Positions 39,973-52,743 of a DNA stretch of 58,513 nt are shown here, piece after piece. Position numbers and translations under genes: made by a program. The notes below the pieces were generated by a model that did no database searches, had not been told where the DNA came from, and saw only the letters and a list, made by a program, of their open reading frames with translations. Position 1 is the stretch's first letter. Each line of letters begins with the position of its first letter. Source of the DNA: Octopus bimaculoides (Eukaryota); NCBI RefSeq assembly GCF_001194135.2, contig NC_069003.1, positions 28,245,233 to 28,303,745 on the forward strand, given 5' to 3'.

Positions 39973-41671
39973 CATTATATATATACAAATTGTGTACATT
40001 AATTATATGTATATGTGTATAAATATACATACATTATAATTGCAGTATATTGCTCCCTAAGATTTGTATCTATTTTCCATAAATAATTTTGGTTAAAGGA
40101 TATTTAACTTTGATGAATTATGAAAAATTAAATGAGTTGATTTAAATTCATATCTTCACTTGGTTATTATTGCATTGTACGTTACTAATTTATTATCCCC
40201 TACCCCCATATTTTTTTTTTTTACCTAATACTGTTTTGGTTTTAGCAGGCAAGATAATTTTGATTTTGCTAAATATATTCCTTGATATGATATGATATCA
40301 ACTTATTTTCCTTAATTAATGTGCTTTCTCTACTATTTATTTCTAAGAGGATGCAAAAATTTAACTGCTGAAGCATGTAACACATTTATTCATTTGTACA
40401 TATGTTAAAAATTTAATGTCAATTTAAATGTTATTTTCGGTGTATTTGTTCTCGTAAATTCTTTGTTCTTATTTATGTCATGTCATTTGATTATATTATG
40501 TCAGATGTAATCACTCCAAGCTAAACTTCTTACATTTTCTTCTTTACTTTTTATATCACACTAAAATTTATAACTGCTTTGTAACTGCTCGTTAAATAAC
40601 TAGATGACATTTCTGATGCTTTCATGAACTTATTTGATTTTAATGAAATGGGGGTAAAAGAAACTAAATCAAGTTTTTTTGTACAAAAATTAAAACTACC
40701 TTTATATTTATCTTTCAATTAAATCAAGCTTGTAAGAAGAATTTATCCTAGCATTTTCTTAAAATTTATCTATTACTCTATTTGAAAAAGCTTTCTGTGC
40801 AAAGAAATTAGTATGAAGATGGCTTTTGAGTAATGAGTCATGAATTCTGTCATTTCTTGTGAATCATAAACATAAATTGGGAAACTATTAGGGATAATCA
40901 GGAAGACTTCTGCTTAAGTCTAATTTGAAAATTTTGGATATAATCACATAATGTACAAGAGCTTCAATCAACTTGAAAAGCATTCACTAGTTTACCTCTG
41001 TGGATAGGAATCCCTGTCACTGTAGGTCTTGCCAACAGAAAAAATTTAATCCAACACCACAAAATGAATAATCAGTAATCTGCAGTGTTTAGAGCAGAGA
41101 ATTTGTTATATCTGAGTTGGTCGTTAAGAGTTGAATGAATTAGATACAAATGCATAGTCTATGACAATGGTTGATATGAAATACTATCTAGTGTTTCTGA
41201 TTCCTTTGACATAATCTTTTACTTGAGAAGTAGATCAAACACTATGAAAGCATAATGATTAAAAGCCTTTTAGTGCGCATTCTTTATATATTATTACTAC
41301 TCCTCTATCAGTGATACCAGGGCTCTTGCATTTCCTTGTCACATTCTCATTCTTTGGAGTACCATGTTTTTTCTAGTTTTTCATTTTGTCTTTTTTGAAA
41401 TTGTCAGTTTGGCTCAGAGTAAATATATTTTCCTTTATTTTTTTTGAAATCAGAACATACAAAATAGACATTGGGACAAGTATTAACTATCTCTGTCAAC
41501 CTGTAGTACATAAAATAGAAATGATTCATTGTAACGTAATATAAAGACAGTTTAAAGTTCTATTCTAGATAGATTTCTCATTCATTTATAAGTATGTTTG
41601 TATATATATATTATGTAGTAAGGCTTCAAGAAATAGAAAAACACTTGATCAGCTAAGAGAGTAAAGATGAT

Positions 41672-41855
41672 CTTATTATAAAAAACTACAAATCTTGTAA
41701 AAACAGTTACCCAGGGTTTCCTGGCTGAAATAATAAAAAAGACAACTGACAAATGGTCTTGTTTTCAGCTTGATAAATGGCAGAATAAATTATTATTTTG
41801 ACCAGGAAACCCTGGGTAGCTGTTTTTATAAGATTTGTGATTTTTTATTATAAGG
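41672..41855. repeat. ~65-bp inverted repeat (MITE-like hairpin)
   Basis: cttattataaaaaactacaaatcttgtaaaaaacagttacccagggtttcctgg pairs with ccaggaaaccctgggtagctgtttttataagatttgtgattttttattataag; ~55-nt loop. Confidence 0.85.
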
Positions 41856-41888
<33 letters not shown>

Positions 41889-44121
41889 TTTAACTGTATC
41901 TTAATTTTGGGTGTTAGTTAAATTTGTTCTTCAAAAAGTATAATTCATAATAAACTTGTATGGTGGTGCTTTAGAATATTATGAAGGCAGTATTAATAGA
42001 TTTGTTTAGGTTAGGAAAAATACCTTACAGTATTTAGTTAAGTCTAATTGAATATTGCCTCCCCTTAAATTAAAGCTATGCGGTCTTGTCAGAAATCAAT
42101 ATTTTAGTATTTATGTGTTAAAAAGTTTTAGAAATAGCAATAATTCAAATAAAAGTACATTAAAATGATTTTAGATTTTTAAGCATGTTTACATTCAAAA
42201 ATATATTGCATGACCATTTTAAGGACTTTCAATAATTTGCTTCTGTGACTTAAATTACTAAATGAAAGCCAGAAATTACTTTCATTTTGTATGTTCATTT
42301 CTGTTTTGTTTTTGTGATGTGTATGATTGTCTCTGTGTTACAGTTTAACAAAAAGTAAAATTGAGATAACTATTGTTGCTTAAATTTTCACTTCCCCAGC
42401 CTGGCCAAGAGGCTGGAACTAGTAAAATTACAAATGCAATTTCTCTTACATAATTTAAAATTCTTTAGAATAGTTTTCTAGATCACAAATTATCAATGTC
42501 AAATGAATTCTTCCATACATGATTCCTGAAATTGATTTTGAAATCCTCTGATCAACGTTTAGTGGAAGGAAGATAAAAAAATATCAGCTCACATATCTAT
42601 ACAAATATATCCAAATGTAGACACAAAAACGTATATTTAAGTATTTAATGTTTATTGCCATTTAAAGGTAGCCTCAAGTATGAATTTTGAAGGAATCAAA
42701 TAGAATTAGAAATTTATGCTAAAACAACAAGGAAAATGTTTGCAAAGATTATGTATAACATGAATTTCATAATCTACATGTAGGACCTTGATGTAAAAGT
42801 TGATCCTACACAATAGAGAAAGTATAGTAAAAATTTGTTTGAAGAACTAAAATATATGTCTGTAATTGTCAAAGCATGAATGAAATTCATTAAAGTTAAA
42901 TTAAGGATAATTTCTTAAAAAATGAACAGTTTTTTTATTAAGTTTCAAGTTAGAGCTCTTAGAGTTTTGCATTGGATTCTAGAAAAATCTTTATTATAGA
43001 CTGGGTTTACTTTAGGCCAATTTCTTCATTGATAATTTCTTACTACATCAAGGTAAAATGAAATTCCAATGTCAAACTTGAGTTAGCAATAAACTGAGTA
43101 TACTGATTGCAACAGTGAAGTTACTGTATCATACCAGAAACAACATGTATCAGCATTCAGTTGTATATATTTTACTTATCAAATTTAATAACTGCTAAGT
43201 TTAGGGTTCAGATATTAAGTTTCAAAGATTTATACAAAGCATAGACTATAAATTAAAAAAATTTTTTTTGATAAACATTATTAAATTGAAAATTTATCTG
43301 AAAAAATTTTAATATTTTTACTAGATTCTGATGCATCATGTATATTTGACTTGATGTTTTAATAAAATGCATCATTTCATGGTTTGTTGTATCCATTTCC
43401 TACAACTTACATGAAAAATAATTTGAATAGAACTTAACATCTTCTGCTTTCATGAATCATATAACTTGTTAATAAGTTGGTCTAAAACAAGATATGGTAA
43501 CTTGTTCTCCAGTCAATTAGGCTTCATAACACCTGTTTTACATCTAGCAAAATAAAGATCAACCATTAACTTTCTATCATTTTGAGTTCATTTAGAGATA
43601 GGTTTTAGATAAGACAAAATGAACAGTTTTGAATGTTATATAACCATTATCTAACTCTTTTATTATGAAAAATTAGGCTAATTTTGTTGTGGTTTTTATA
43701 ATAGAATGACATAGTATTAATTTGATTCTCCTCCACAAAAAGCTTTCACTGAAATATTTTATTTTGATGTGATGGTTTTTACTTTTAAAGCCTTTTTTTA
43801 AATTAAATTGGATTTTAAACAGTAATCAAAAGAAATATAAAACAGGTATGGTGTTTTACAAAATTTCATTTTGACTTAGATAAATTTTATTGTAAACTAC
43901 AGTTTTTACAGGCTTGAAAAGCTAAATTTTGAAATCACACTTACACAAATTTACTTATATGCTGTTCCTCAGTACTTTTGTATAATCATTTAATTTATTC
44001 TTTTATATTAAATTAATAATAATAAATCAGTTTTTAAGGTATTCAGATAAGTTTTGTTCAAGAAAGAAAAAAGATAAAACTTGTTCTTAATATCTTTACT
44101 TAAACGTTCTTATTTTTGCAG

Positions 44122-44685
44122 ATAGTAGAAAATTGGATCTTGTATTCCTCATTCATACCTCCACTCAAATCAGTGACAGGTCATTTGAGCTAGTTAAAAC
44201 ATTTTTGAAAAATCTACTGCGGGATTCTGATATTGATTCAGGTGATGTTCGTGTGGGAATAGCGTTCTACGACAGTAACCCAAATATACTTTTCAATTTG
44301 CCACAATACAAGACCAAGGTTGACCTGATTGGAGCTATTGATGCCATCCCTTCAAGCTACCGATCAGATGAAGCTAATCTAGCTCGAGGTCTGAAAGTAG
44401 CCAAACAAATAATGTTGTCTTCAAGTAATGATCAAAGGCCTGATGTACCAAATGCAGTGGTTGTAATCACAGATGGCACATCTTCATTTGATTCAAACGA
44501 GATTCATAGTGCTGCTGTGGATTTGAAGAGTATCGCTTATATCTTTGGTGTTGGCATTGGAATAGGCACATTTGGTGAAATGGCCAGAATAGTCACAGAG
44601 CCAGCGAATGTAAACTATTTTGGAATTGTGGCCATTGAACGTTTACATGAGGTGGAGCCGCAACTAACTGAGCAAATTATGGCAT
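44122..44685 (+). CDS. vWA domain exon 1 of the plus gene (564 bp, phase 1-1)
   Basis: Acceptor cttatttttgcag| at 44121; donor GCAT|gtgagt at 44686. Reads SRKLDLVFLIHTSTQIS...IDSGDVRVGIAFYD...DQRPDVPNAVVVITDG...EQIMA. Confidence 0.93.
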
Positions 44686-44744
44686 GTGAGTACACAGCTG
44701 GCAAAGGAAATGCCGCAGTTCCTATATTTGATATCTTGGATCGC

Positions 44745-44870
44745 AGCAGCAGCGATAGCGGCAGCAGCAGCGGTAGTGGCAGCGGTAGCGACAGCGGTAG
44801 CATCAGCGGTAGCATCAGCGGCAGCATCAGCGGCAGCATCAGCATCAGCGGCAGCATCAGCGGCAGCAGC
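44745..44870 (+). repeat. GC-rich triplet / 12-nt (AGCGGCAGCATC)n repeat just inside the intron, in frame with the vWA exon
   Basis: agcagcagcgatagcggcagcagcagcggtagtggc...(agcggcagcatc)n; read-through gives a Ser/Gly-rich tail ending at TAA 44874-44876. Confidence 0.9.
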
Positions 44871-46795
44871 AATTAAATGGCATTTGTTTTGGTTAAGTTG
44901 GCAGCAAAGGCGCATTGAGAAAAAATTCTTTATATCATTGTACTGAGACATGAGGGCAATGTAACTATGTAAAAGCATTTAAAAATTAGATAATTTATTT
45001 AAGCTGTTCTATTTTGATATTTCTTAAGCTTTGAAAGGTAGTCTTAAAAACTTGCTTCAAGATAAACATTGGTTTATTGTTTATTTATAGATTATATAAT
45101 CATTGAAATAATATGACTATATGTATGGCATTGTGGGTGCTTTACAATCAAGTATATATGAATGTGTATGTGTTATATATNNNNNNNNNNNNNNNNNNNN
45201 NNNNNNNNNNNNNNNNNNNNNNNNNNNNNNNNNNNNNNNNNNNNNNNNNNNNNNNNNTATATACATACATACACACACATATGCACTCACAGTTCTATAT
45301 ATACATATTGCTATGTATTCTGTATAAAGTTGATGTAAAGGAAATGAATATAATTTGTATAAAAGTATTAGATTTCTTATTAGAAAGAGAAATTTAATTA
45401 TAAAAAACTTTTAGAAAAAACAAGTCTAGCTTAAAATGAAATGTACTAAATAAAAAGTCAACACTTAAAATTTATTCATGATAAACAAATTTTGATTAAC
45501 CATTGTGCATATTGTTAGATGATTGGGTAAAAGTTGATAATATATTTTATTTTGATGTGTATACCATAGTTATTTCAAATTATTTGAGCTAGTTCTTTAT
45601 TAAATAATTTTAAAAAGTAGAATTTATTGATATTACTGTCTTAATTATGTGAGTGAATTTAAGAGAAACTATTGTAGATTAATAGAAATATGAAAGAAGC
45701 AAAGTATTCTATAAGCAAAAAATTAAATATAGATATAAAATATTTAAAAATAATTCTTAAATTAATTTGTATCGATGCCTAAATAATTAATCTTTAACAC
45801 AAAAGTGGGTGCATAAACATGTTTATGAATCTGTGTATTACTATGCTTAAATAATCACCATCATCCCATTTCTTGCGTATTGCTTTTATTCATACTTTCT
45901 AAATATTAATTAGTGTTGCCGCAAATATTTGTTCTAAAAGCATGCTTGCAGTGCTTTTCATTTTTTTTTTTTGTGTGTGTTGATTTGTTTGTTTTAATTC
46001 TTGTGTAATTTCAGTTTTATTTATTTATATTTATGATCTCATTTCCAGTCGAATCCATCTGAAATACTTAAATGTATAGGAATAATATATTACATTTGCA
46101 TATACTGTGAATTCTTAGCAATGATCTTTTCACTCTTATAAAATAGAAATATTACTTAAATTTCTGGTTGCATTTAAAAGATACATGAATTATACAAGTG
46201 TATAATATTTTACTTACCTAGCAAAAATCAGCTCTGAGCAAAATATGCTAATGAAATCTTTATTTTGGTAAAAATGTGGATAAACTAAAAAGTGGACATA
46301 AATGTATGTATGTGTGTAAGTATGTGTACATATGCTTGGAATATATTTGCATACTCACTTGGTCATTGGGTTGTAACTGTGCTGAGGCACTGTTTTCTTG
46401 AATTTTAGTTGATTATACTGACCGCAGAACTTTATTTTATCTTCCTCTTGTTGGGAGAAAGGTAAAGGTGTCCTAACTGTAAAAAGGCACAAAGGTAGAA
46501 CAAAATACTTCAAGGCATTAACAATGTGGTGATGATGGAGACTCGAAGTCCATTTTAGTTTCATGTTCCTGTTATACCTTCCTCATGTCTTCATTACTCT
46601 CTCATTTATCATTCAGCTTCCCTCTTGTCATTGTACCTGGCTGCCTGTGTAACAAGACTTTGGATCTGTCCATATTTTAACCACCCTCCCTTCTCAACAC
46701 TTTATTGCTCTAAATCTTCCGCATCATGCCACCTATATAACAAAGGATGATATCAGTCCCTCTACTATCATGTTTCTTTATTGCTACTCATTATA

Positions 46796-47995
46796 TCAGG
46801 TCATTAAGAATGAAATGTTCAATTTTCTTATGCACCAAATTTGACAGTCATTAGCTCTAATGTTTTGTTCTGACAGTTCTGTTTTACAACATTGAACAGT
46901 TACATCATCACTTTTCGAAATGCAATTCATAGTGTCTGATTATATTGTGAGTTTTCTCTTGTAAATCAAGTTTTGTGAACCCATGGATAGATAAAAAATT
47001 TGTGTTGTTTATGAATATGAGTTCTGTTGTGGAAGCAGTGCATCCCAGACAGCTCGAAACATCAATGAGGTGTTTGGTAATGATGTGACAAATGAGCGCA
47101 CTGTACGTCAGTGGTTTGAGAAGTTCTGGTCTGGTGACTTTACTCTTGAAAATCAACCCGGTGGTAGACCTGAGACCAAGATGGATAATGATGAGCTGGA
47201 AACTGTAGTGGAAGCTAATACATCTCAAAGTATGTTTGAGTTAGCAGCAAGGTTTGATGTTTCGATTCCAACTGTATCATCTAAAACAAATTGGAATGGT
47301 AAAGAAGCTGGACATGTGGGTACCACATGAACTGATCAAGCATCAAATGACATGTCATCTTGAAACTTGCTATTCTTTGCTGTCACAACATAAAAGCAAA
47401 CCATTTTTGCATCATATTGTTATGCGTCATGAATAATGGATTCTTTTTAACAATAGCAAGCTTTCTGCACGAATATTTACCAAAAAAAAAGCTAATGGTG
47501 TCTGTTTGGTGATCCAGCGCTGGTGCCATCCACTACAGCTTCATAATATCTGGTAAGTCAATTACAGTGAATGTATACATCAACCAGTTGGATGAAATGA
47601 TGAGCAAACTTGCAATTAAACAACCAGATTGGTCAATAGAAACAGGCCAATTCTCTTGCAAAACAATGCTCGACCACATGTTGCACAAAGAATGCTACTC
47701 AAGTTACAGGAACTGAACTTGGAAGTACTCTGTCGTCCACCATATTCACCAGACCTTGCACCAGCTGACTATCATATTTTCCAGGCATTAGACAACTTTT
47801 TACAAGGAAAAAACTTCAAATCTGAAGAAGATGCAAAAACAGCCTTTCATGATTTCATCATCCTTTTCTCTCCAGAATTTTCGCTGCCAGCATAAATAAG
47901 CTACCGATGAAATGGCAAAATTGTGTTGATAATTTAGGTGTGAGATAAAGTAAACTTTCAGTTCAAAATCGGACGTTTCATTCTTAATGATCTGA
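46796..47995 (+). mobile_element. Near full-length mariner transposon with TIRs, TA TSDs and an inactivated transposase
   Basis: TA|tcaggtcattaagaatgaaatgttc ... ggacgtttcattcttaatgatctga|TA. Protein pieces carry GRP, WVPHEL, LLQNNARPH and PPYSPDLAPADYHIF. The first two catalytic Asp motifs are altered (MRHE, QNN), with frameshifts and a stop. Confidence 0.92.
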
Positions 47996-48053
47996 TACTT
48001 TATTTATTATCCTTTCCTAATCATTATTGATATCCATCACACACAAACACACA

Positions 48054-48100
<47 letters not shown>

Positions 48101-48594
48101 ACCCTTTCTATTGCTATCCACCTCTTTTTCACCATCATCCATCTTTATTATTACCCTCCAACCTCACTCTTTCACATTGCTATCACTCTCCTCTTATTCA
48201 TTGTTGACATAAGTCACTTTTTCTTCCTCTCATCTCTTTCTCTCACTTTTATTACTCTTTCCTTCATCAGCCTGCTTCCTGCCTATCTCTTTTCCACATG
48301 ATGCTACATTTACTGTTTTTTTTTTTCTATTCAGTCTCCTCAACAACTAACATGTAATTGTAGATCACTACCTCTGTTCCATTACTGCCTCCTCTATCTT
48401 CCTCTCCTCTTCGTTCTCTCTCTTTCATCACTCTCTCTTTCATCACTCTCTCTTCTGTTTGGTGTCTTGGTCATATTGCTTTTACTGAATGGATGCAACA
48501 CATGAAGACTCTTAAGTCTTGTTTTAGACAAGGCATCCTCTTTAATGCTGGTACCTACTACTACTCACTCTCCTCCTCCTCTATTATTATTATT

Positions 48595-49309
48595 GAGTGA
48601 GAGAGCAGTGCATGCCATCAAAGTAACTCTGGGATACAAATATATGAAGTCCAATATACTGACCATAACTATCCATCTGATGAGGTTACACCAGGCACAT
48701 GCATCATAGCTAAATGTGTGCAACATGGTGATCAAGATAAACAGTACATGACCTTGCAGGTGGGGGTTCAGTTAGAATTTTCTTCAGGCCGATTAGCCCA
48801 TCCCACTCAAAAAGTCCCTGAATAAGGGTTGTTTAAGGATATTGAATGAAACACTCATCTTTCTGGAGGTAAATTATTCAAACCACAATGAATTCCTCTC
48901 AAAACAGGGCTTTTGTGCTCCCTCACTACTTCTGCTCATGATCAGAGATGCACATATCATCAGCCATCAAGGGACATGTTCAACTGGTTATGGTCAAACA
49001 TCTGACAAGCAAATCTGTGATACTGAGCAGAATATTTGCAGTAGCCTATTTTTTACACCATGACAAAACATGTACATGATAACACCCCTAATCTGTTAAG
49101 ATCAGAACCCACGAGAGGTGGTCAGCTGGCAGAATTGTTAGCATGCTAGGCAAAATACGTTGCATTTTGTCCGTCTTTATGTTCTGGGTTCAAATGCTCC
49201 CTTTCATCCTTTCAGGGCTGATAAAACAAGTACCAGTTGAGCATTGGGGTCTATTTCATTGACTTAGCTCCTCCCCCGAAATCACTGGCCTTGTGTCAAA
49301 ATTTGAAAC

Positions 49310-49360
<51 letters not shown>

Positions 49361-49585
49361 CATTATTGGGGTGAGGGAGCAGTGCATGTCATCCAAGTGA
49401 CACTAGGGTATAAATATATGAAACCCAATATACCCATCATGACTACCCATCTGATAAGGGTACACCAGGCACATGCATTGCAATCATGTGCGCAACATGG
49501 TAATCTCATATCAAGGTAAACCTTGCAGGTGGGGTTCAGTTAGAATTTTGTTCAGGTCATGTAGTCCATGCTGCTTAAAAGGTTC
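48595..49585 (+). repeat. Compound repeat: unclassified element (48595-49116), SINE (49117-49310), (TAT)n, second partial copy of the unclassified element (49372-49585)
   Basis: gagagcagtgcatgccatcaaagt...acaccaggcacatgcatc...ccttgcaggtgggggttcagttagaatttt recurs at 48600 and 49375; the middle part matches the SINE at 50636. Confidence 0.75.
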
Positions 49586-50314
49586 TGTGTTGATATTTAT
49601 CATGTAAATATGCAAATGTTTAGGTTTATTATTTTAAAGTGAAAGAAAATCAACAGAACATTTGCTACTGAAAGTAGAGTAAAATTTATCATGAAATTTC
49701 TTTTGGTTGGCACATTAATTTCACTTGGCAGCTTATTCAGCCAGTTAAAGCAAATTTCATTATATGCCTATGTGAGTGGGTGCATGCATGTGTGCATGTA
49801 GATACATATGCATACACACATATATTTATATGTGTGTGCGTGTTTAGTGAATGCTCTAGAGTAGGTGGTGTAATCATAGCAAGTAGAGTTTATGCCTTAG
49901 GTATGCAGGCTTGTTCCTTAATTAAAACTATTTCACTTATTCTCAAATGCTTGGAAAAGATACATCACCTAAGAAGTCATTGGGGTTTATCATCTTTTGA
50001 AGGCTACCTTTGATTTTTGAAAGGATAATCTATTCATTGAATCTACCGTGCAAGTGCATTGAGTAGATAAATATTTTTCTTTTTTCAAATAATAAAAACA
50101 AATATGATGTGGAAATATGGAGTGAAAAGATGTTATTTGTTATGGTTTGCAATTCATTTTTGTTTTTAGAAAACTCTTTTGTCTGTCAATATACCTTTCT
50201 AGTGAAGTTAATTATTCATAACTTTCTTGTCATGAAGTAATAAGCACACACGTTCTCAATCGTTGTCGTTGTCGGCGGCGTCTTTATTATTATTATTATT
50301 ACTATTATTATAAA

Positions 50315-51068
50315 GGAGGCAAGCTAGCAGAATTGTTAGCACACTGGACAAAATGCTAGTGGCATTTCGTCCATCCTTATGTTATGAGTTCAAATTCTGC
50401 TGAGGTTGACTTTGCCTTTCATCCTTTTGGGGTCGATAAATTAAGTACCAGTGAAACATTGGGATCAGTGTAATTGGCTAGTTGTTTCCCTGCAAATTTC
50501 AGGCCTTATGCCTTTAGTAGAAAGGATTCTTCTTCTTCTTCTTCTTCTTCTTCTTCTTCTTCTTCTTCTTCTTCTTCTTCTTCTTCTACTTCTCCTTCTC
50601 CTTCTTCTTCTCCTTCTCCTTCTTCTTCTTCTTCAGGTGGTGAGCTGGCAGAATTGTTAGCATGCCGAGCAAAATACTTAGCGGCATTTTGTTCTGTGTC
50701 CGAATTCTGCCAAGGTTGGCTTTACCTTTCATCCTTTTGGGGTTGATAAATTAAGTACCAGTGGAGTACTGGGGTTGATGTGATCAACTTAACCCCTTCC
50801 CCAAAATTTCAGGCCTTGTGCCTATAGAAAGGAGTATTATTATTATTGTTATTCAAGTGGTGAGCTAGCAGAAATGTTAGAACATTGGAAAAAGTGCACT
50901 GTAGTATTTGTTCCTGTTCTTTACACTCTGAGATCAAATCCTGCCATGGTCAACTTTCCCTTTCATTTCAGGATTGATAAAATAAAGTACCAGTCAATTA
51001 CTGGGGTCGATGGTATTGACTAACCTCTTCTCTGTAAAATTACTGGTTATGTACCAAAATTAGGAAGC
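50315..51068 (+). mobile_element. Head-to-tail array of three tRNA-derived SINE copies (50315-50525, 50636-50832, 50856-51068) separated by microsatellite tails
   Basis: Each copy has g(c/tg)(a/g)agct(a/g)gcagaa(t/a)tgttag...tttcat...gg(g/a)(t/g)tgataaa..aagtaccagt...ctggggt..at; separated by (TTC)n and (TAT)n. Confidence 0.85.
50527..50634. repeat. (TTC)n microsatellite
   Basis: Direct inspection; it explains the poly-Leu and poly-Ser pseudo-ORFs. Confidence 0.97.
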
Positions 51069-51252
51069 ATTCTTCTTTTTTTTTTTCAATGATAAAGAAA
51101 ATATATTTGATTTTTCTTCATGAATTGTCATTTTTAGTAATGTATTTGGAGGTTGATAACAGCAAAACTTTCCTTTATCAACACTCTGATTTAAGCCACT
51201 TTTCTGAGCTATGATTTTAGAGATCAGATCTAATAAACATATAACTTATATG

Positions 51253-51295
<43 letters not shown>

Positions 51296-52302
51296 AATAA
51301 TTTCTTGTTAATGAAACGTGAGCAAGCTTATTGATTAAATGTATTTTGTACTACAGTTAAAACCAAAACATCTTCTTTCCATCTATTTCTATTAAACAAT
51401 TGGTCATTAAATTCAGATTAATATACAATTGTATATTTAGACTGTGAGTTCGGGTAAAATTGATCTGCTGAGTAAGTTATATGCTTCATACTAGATGTCA
51501 GTGAAAACATACTATAATTCTAAATGAGTCATTGCTATACCATGTAAGATTTCATATTCATGCTGAGTTCTAGAGGCAAGTGAACTTGGCTGAACCCTTC
51601 CTTTTCCAGATTATCTACTATGACAAAAAATCTCAGATATAAAGTATTAGTGAAGAGAAATAATTTGCTCAAGTGACAAATTTGCTTTAGAGATCTGATG
51701 ACTGTTGAAAGATTATTGTGCCTGTATGAAAGTTGTATTTCCTCTCAAAAGATGTTTTCTAAAGAGAATTGCAATTAAATTGCATGTTTTTTGTCTTGTG
51801 TTTTCCATGTATATGTTTACATTCAGTCTCAATATTCAAATATGTATTATTATTTATTTTTGAAATGTGTATAAATTTCAATTTTAAAGCTCAGCTCTTA
51901 ATTTAAGTGTTAAATTATTCAAATGCCATTTGGAATATTAACTCTGATGTTAACTTGATTTTAATGGATTAAAATATACCTGTAGTTGTTCAATGTTTTC
52001 TTGAAATTAATTTTGAAAGTTAATGAAATAAATAATTGATTGACTATTTTTTAAAAATGAAGTCAGTATATTAATTTTCTTCAGTGTTTAAGAAACTTAT
52101 CAATAAAATAATTTACTTTGTTCTATACGATATATTTTTAGGATACCAAGTGAATTGAATGAAACAGATTTTTATTAAATTCAGATTTTCTCTTTCATTA
52201 CTACCAACTAGATTGTCTATCTCATAATAGCTTTATGAACAGTTAGATTACTTTCTCTTTTATACTATATAATTCTTACTCATATAATCCTTTTCATTTT
52301 AG

Positions 52303-52335
52303 TGCAAGGAGATGCTGCACCACTTGATGTTCCAA
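52303..52335 (+). CDS. 33-nt linker microexon (phase 1-1), (L)QGDAAPLDVP
   Basis: atccttttcattttag|TG CAA GGA GAT GCT GCA CCA CTT GAT GTT CCA A|gtaagc. Confidence 0.82.
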
Positions 52336-52743
52336 GTAAGCAACTATTTTCAAATTTTAGTAATAATTTCAAATTTGTAAATCTGATAAAGATATACAAG
52401 AGGGTGCTGAAAAGGTCCTGGCTTTGAGTAAAAGTAAATAAAAGAAGGATCAGTTAATTATGATTTTATGTATCTTAAACTATAGCAAATATTGATAAAA
52501 ATAAAAATAATTTTTAAATGCTCATAATTACTAGTGAAAATCAGAAACAAAACGACATACGTATTTCATTTTCTAATATATAAGTACAATGATTTTACAT
52601 TATGAGCTTCATGAGACTAAAAATTTCATCTGCATGAAAGGAATCCATAAGGAAACTTGTACATTAAATTATATTAATTTCTTTATTACTTTGTGGTTTG
52701 AATTATTGGTGATTTTTTTTTCTTTGTTTTAAAATATTTTCAG

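Noticed and set aside
44615-44978. Antisense poly-Ala and (MLPL)n ORFs, and the plus-strand poly-Ala frame
   Set aside because: Alternative frames of the GC-rich triplet repeat; no splice or start context.
50451-50746. Poly-Leu and poly-Ser ORFs resembling a signal peptide or TM segment
   Set aside because: They are the (TTC)n tail between two SINE copies.
51441-51443. Possible 3-nt plus microexon (tttag|ACT|gtgagt)
   Set aside because: Weak pyrimidine tract; such a short match is expected by chance and cannot be supported without reads.
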